Positions 36,987 to 40,427 of a DNA stretch of 40,427 nt are shown in pieces. The translations under genes were made by a program, and so were the position numbers. Position 1 is the first letter of the stretch. Every line of letters starts with the position of its first letter. This DNA is from a virus (lineage: Duplodnaviria; Heunggongvirae; Uroviricota; Caudoviricetes), in the IMG/VR virus record IMGVR_UViG_2636416136_000013, positions 1 through 40,427 of that record; one strand, given 5' to 3'. The notes under the pieces were generated by a model. The model saw only the letters and a program-made list of their open reading frames with translations, ran no database searches and was not told the DNA's origin.

Positions 36987-39161
36987 ATGACAGACATTAC
37001 AGCCAATGTGATCGTATCGATGCCTTCGCAACTCTTCACTATGGCTCGTTCTTTTAAAGCTGTAGCCAATGGCAAAATTTATATCGGTAAAATTGACACT
37101 GACCCGGTAAATCCTGAAAACCAAATTCAGGTTTATGTGGAGAACGAAGACGGCTCTCACATTCCCGTTTCGCAACCAATAATTATTAACGCTGCTGGCT
37201 ACCCTGTATATAACGGACAGATTGCCAAATTCGTAACCGTGCAAGGCCATTCTATGGCTGTTTATGATGCGTATGGTACACAGCAGTTCTATTTTCCGAA
37301 TGTGCTGAAGTATGACCCGGATCAGTTTAAATTACTTATTGGCGGTACAGATGGTAGTAAATATATCGGTTTCGGCGCTTCAACTGTTTACGATGCAATC
37401 AGGAAAACACCTCAATACTATGGAGCTAAAGCAGATGGATTGACATCAGATTCTGATGCCATTAATGCCGCAGCATTAGCTGCTTTTAATAATGGTGGCG
37501 GGGAAATATTTTACCCTCCAGGTGTTTATTTAATAGATTCTCCTATCATTCTTTATACAGGCGTTCATCATAAAGGCTCTGGAAAGAGAGCAACATTTCT
37601 GTATGTTAAAAAAGGTAGTAATACAGATGTATTTAAAACACATGGCTTTGGCGTTGTGGATAATCTGTCTGATGCGCCATATGGTTTTAGCATAAAAGAT
37701 ATGACCATTGATGGTAATTATCTTGACTTGCAAAGAGATACAAACTCATGGAGAACTTGCGACACTGTTAACAATGACTATGGAACTGCCATTAAAATAT
37801 TCGGCAGCATGTACCACATTGATGTTGAGATTAATAATGTTGCAGAACATGCTCTCTATTCAGAGGGGTATGGATCATTTCATGATAATCAGGAACACGC
37901 CTCTGAAGTGAGGATAACGGGAAGAATTTCAGGGAGAGAGGGGGTTGTGTTCAGGGGGCCAGGTGATATTAACCTAGATTATATTGTTTTTGGCCTGTGT
38001 GGACTTCCTCCTTACAGCACAAGATTAACAGCAACAAGCCAACAAAGCCTTCTTTATCCCGGAGAACCATGTCATGGAATTGTTCTTGATAATCAGTCTC
38101 CTTATACAGGACATGTCGATATAAATTACATCCATGTATATGCTGCGTATTATGGCTATGGATTTAAGACGCTGGGTGTTAACCGATTCAATGCGAGGCA
38201 TGTGTGTGTTGATAATAGTTTAGGTGGTTACTGGTTTACCAACGGGGCACATGGTGTTGTTGCCATCGCAGAAGCCAGGGCGTGCGGAAGAATGCCAGAT
38301 AACTACACTGGCGATTCAATTTCTCCTCTCCGCGACATGCTTCTGGATAACGGTACAATCTGGACACTTAACATCAATATAAAAGCACAAAGATATTCAC
38401 CTTCAATTGATGATGATGGGTATCAGATAGCTATATCAGGCAACAACAATGTAGTTACAATAAACCAAATTGGTCAGTTACAGAGTGACAATGCCCCTAT
38501 TAAAGCCTCGCTTCTTTCTGTTACTGGTGACAATAACAATGTTACTTTTACATCCAAGAGGATAAAAGGAAATTTATGTTACTTATCCGGCGGTGGTAAT
38601 AATATAAGAGGTTCGTGTGATAATTTGTTTTCGGGTTCTGCTCTTATTCGCGATGCAGTAAATTCAACAACAATTTGTTTTGCGAACAGCGTAGATATAA
38701 CTGCGAAGGGGCTTTCTTCTGATTGTACTGGATTTAACAGCATTGGCACATGTGCATCAGAGAATATAAGATTAATCACTTCAGGCGCAAATGGTTATAA
38801 TAGGTTTTTAGGTGATAGAATGGCAGCCCTTAACAGGACGTGTACGTGGACGATTATGGCAACAGTTGGAAACTCAATAAATGGGAAATCAACTGACGAT
38901 TATATTGAGTGGAATATGCCAAACCCAACAGGTAGCGAATCTAACGAGGTTGATATTGAGCATAATTTTCTGTATGCCCCAACACCAAACCAGATTGCTG
39001 TGTTGGGGTTTAGACAACCTGCTGGTTCTGCAGAAGGTGCAACTTTAAGTCCAATAGAAATTATCGGAACTCCAAGTGAGTCTTCTTTCAGAATTAGATA
39101 CCATTGGTCAGGCACTTTATCTTCTGGCTCTGCTCCAATTGTAATGTTCAGGATTAGATAG
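36987..39161 (+). CDS. Tailspike protein (P22 gp9-type head-binding N-terminus, divergent beta-helix receptor domain)
   Basis: N-terminal ~115 aa [58 protein letters not shown]...NVLKYDPDQ matches the P22/HK620 tailspike head-binding domain; the rest is different and has a pectate-lyase-like start [18 protein letters not shown]. Confidence 0.85.
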   Translation: MTDITANVIVSMPSQLFTMARSFKAVANGKIYIGKIDTDPVNPENQIQVYVENEDGSHIPVSQPIIINAAGYPVYNGQIAKFVTVQGHSMAVYDAYGTQQFYFPNVLKYDPDQFKLLIGGTDGSKYIGFGASTVYDAIRKTPQYYGAKADGLTSDSDAINAAALAAFNNGGGEIFYPPGVYLIDSPIILYTGVHHKGSGKRATFLYVKKGSNTDVFKTHGFGVVDNLSDAPYGFSIKDMTIDGNYLDLQRDTNSWRTCDTVNNDYGTAIKIFGSMYHIDVEINNVAEHALYSEGYGSFHDNQEHASEVRITGRISGREGVVFRGPGDINLDYIVFGLCGLPPYSTRLTATSQQSLLYPGEPCHGIVLDNQSPYTGHVDINYIHVYAAYYGYGFKTLGVNRFNARHVCVDNSLGGYWFTNGAHGVVAIAEARACGRMPDNYTGDSISPLRDMLLDNGTIWTLNINIKAQRYSPSIDDDGYQIAISGNNNVVTINQIGQLQSDNAPIKASLLSVTGDNNNVTFTSKRIKGNLCYLSGGGNNIRGSCDNLFSGSALIRDAVNSTTICFANSVDITAKGLSSDCTGFNSIGTCASENIRLITSGANGYNRFLGDRMAALNRTCTWTIMATVGNSINGKSTDDYIEWNMPNPTGSESNEVDIEHNFLYAPTPNQIAVLGFRQPAGSAEGATLSPIEIIGTPSESSFRIRYHWSGTLSSGSAPIVMFRIR

Positions 39162-39211
39162 AATTAATTGATATTTTAAAAAATTAAATTATTAGTTGAT
39201 AAATTGTATGC

Positions 39212-39250
39212 GCAAGGCCTGTAACTTGAGTGCCAGGCCTTGCATGTTTT
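39212..39250 (+). terminator. Terminator between the convergent tailspike and integrase genes
   Basis: Stem GCAAGGCCTG...CAGGCCTTGC followed by ATGTTTTCATT. Confidence 0.6.
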
Positions 39251-39269
39251 CATTGATTTTTAAGATGGT

Positions 39270-40427
39270 TCACTCCACCTTATCATCTAACCAGTCAGCC
39301 CACCATTGCATCATTTCTCTGCGTTTATCGAGATACTGAGCATGGTTGTAAATTCCGCGCACAGATCCGCCGTTGGCATGTGCCAGTTGCACCTCAATCG
39401 CGTCAGCAGGCCATTCGTGCTCGTTCATAATCGTGCTGAATTCATGCCTGAATCCGTGACCGCTTTCCAGACCCTCATAGCCGATTTGTTTGATCACAAG
39501 CAATACCGCGTTCTCGCAGATTGGCTTCTTCTTATCGTTGCGCCCGGCAAAAACAAACTCTGATACTGGTTTAGTGATTGAGCTTAGCGTAGTGAGAAGT
39601 TCAACCACCTGGTCTGACATCGGGACCACATGAATTTTGCGTCCCTTCATCACACTGGCGTCGATGGTGATAATCCTGTTTTCAAAATCGACGTTCTTCC
39701 ATAGCATGGAACGAAGCTCTTTCGTTCTTAGGGCGGTGTAGCGTAAAACTTTGGTCGCAATGAGCGATACGATGCTTCCTGAAAATGTTGCCAGTGCTTT
39801 GTTAAATGCCGGGATCTGGTCTGCTGGAAGGAACGGGAAGTTCTTCTTGCGGTATCCTTTCATGGCGTCTGCAAGGTCAGGTGCCGGGTTATATTTAGCC
39901 CTTCCGGTGACAATAGCGTAACGGAAAACCTCGCCGCATCTTCTGCGTGCTTTGTTGGCTCGCTCCATTGCCCCGCGATCTTCAAATCTGCGGATTACTT
40001 CCAGCAGTTGCATCGGCTCAATATCCTGAATTTCAAGGCCGCCGATGATGGGTAAAATGTCGTCATCAAACATTTTTGCAAGTTCAGTTGCATAGCCTAC
40101 TGACCAAACTTGCTTCTTGTGCTCGTACCATTCCTTGTAAATCGCACTAAAGGAATTGTTGTTAGACGAAGCCTTTTTCGCTTTTACCGGATCGATGCCA
40201 ACCGAGATGTCTTTCCTCGCGGTCCATGCTTTATCTCTTGCCTCCTGCAAAGTCATTAGCGGATATTTTCCTACGGTCAGGATTTTCTCCTTACCGTCAA
40301 TCTTGTAGCGAAGCTGCCATACCTTTTTCCCTGACACAGGGACATAAAGGTACAGGCCATTACCATCGAGTAGGCGGTATGGTTTTTCTTTCGGCTTTGC
40401 TGCTTCAATCTGCTTAACGGTGAGCAT
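39270..40427 (-). CDS. int: P4-family tyrosine integrase (second copy; start codon at the window edge)
   Basis: MLTVKQIEAAKPKEKPYRLLDGNGLYLYV N-terminus parallels the left integrase; catalytic HGFRHE...LAHANGGSVRGIYNHAQY; the ATG is the last three bases of the window, so upstream signals are not visible. Confidence 0.88.
   Translation of the reverse strand: MLTVKQIEAAKPKEKPYRLLDGNGLYLYVPVSGKKVWQLRYKIDGKEKILTVGKYPLMTLQEARDKAWTARKDISVGIDPVKAKKASSNNNSFSAIYKEWYEHKKQVWSVGYATELAKMFDDDILPIIGGLEIQDIEPMQLLEVIRRFEDRGAMERANKARRRCGEVFRYAIVTGRAKYNPAPDLADAMKGYRKKNFPFLPADQIPAFNKALATFSGSIVSLIATKVLRYTALRTKELRSMLWKNVDFENRIITIDASVMKGRKIHVVPMSDQVVELLTTLSSITKPVSEFVFAGRNDKKKPICENAVLLVIKQIGYEGLESGHGFRHEFSTIMNEHEWPADAIEVQLAHANGGSVRGIYNHAQYLDKRREMMQWWADWLDDKVE

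Overview
The window is almost entirely one temperate, mosaic lambdoid prophage with P22/Sf6-type virion genes, bracketed by two P4-family tyrosine integrase genes (583..1758 and 39270..40427, both minus strand). Gene order follows the lambdoid plan: int/AlpA-like excisionase; a leftward early operon (N, cIII, Erf, SSB, several small unknown genes); an immunity region (cI with a lambda-identical C-terminal domain and a different N-terminal domain, cro, nutL/nutR, cII); replication genes (O-like initiator with internal iterons, DnaB-type helicase); a nin region (ninB/D/E/F, rusA, ninH); Q, PR', tR'; lysis genes S-R-Rz/Rz1; then Sf6/P22-like packaging and head genes (TerS, TerL, portal, scaffold, coat, gp4, gp10, gp26, gp14, gp7, gp20, gp16) and a tailspike with a P22-like head-binding N-terminus and a divergent receptor domain. 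The most notable observations are: (1) a ~339-aa intein with two LAGLIDADG motifs inserted in the Walker A loop of the helicase, starting with Ala and carrying a Trp/Cys/Thr pattern consistent with class 3 inteins; (2) a 348-aa protein with one hydrophobic segment directly downstream of cI, in the position lambda uses for rexAB; (3) a cluster of small secreted, lipoprotein and cytoplasmic genes between gp16 and the tailspike, with a duplicated translation-initiation cassette; (4) a very acidic 107-aa protein directly after N, in the ral position; (5) a free-standing HNH-type homing endonuclease wedged between gp10 and gp26. All calls rest on reading the ORF translations and motifs by eye and on recalled family knowledge; no database search was run, and recalled reference sequences are approximate.
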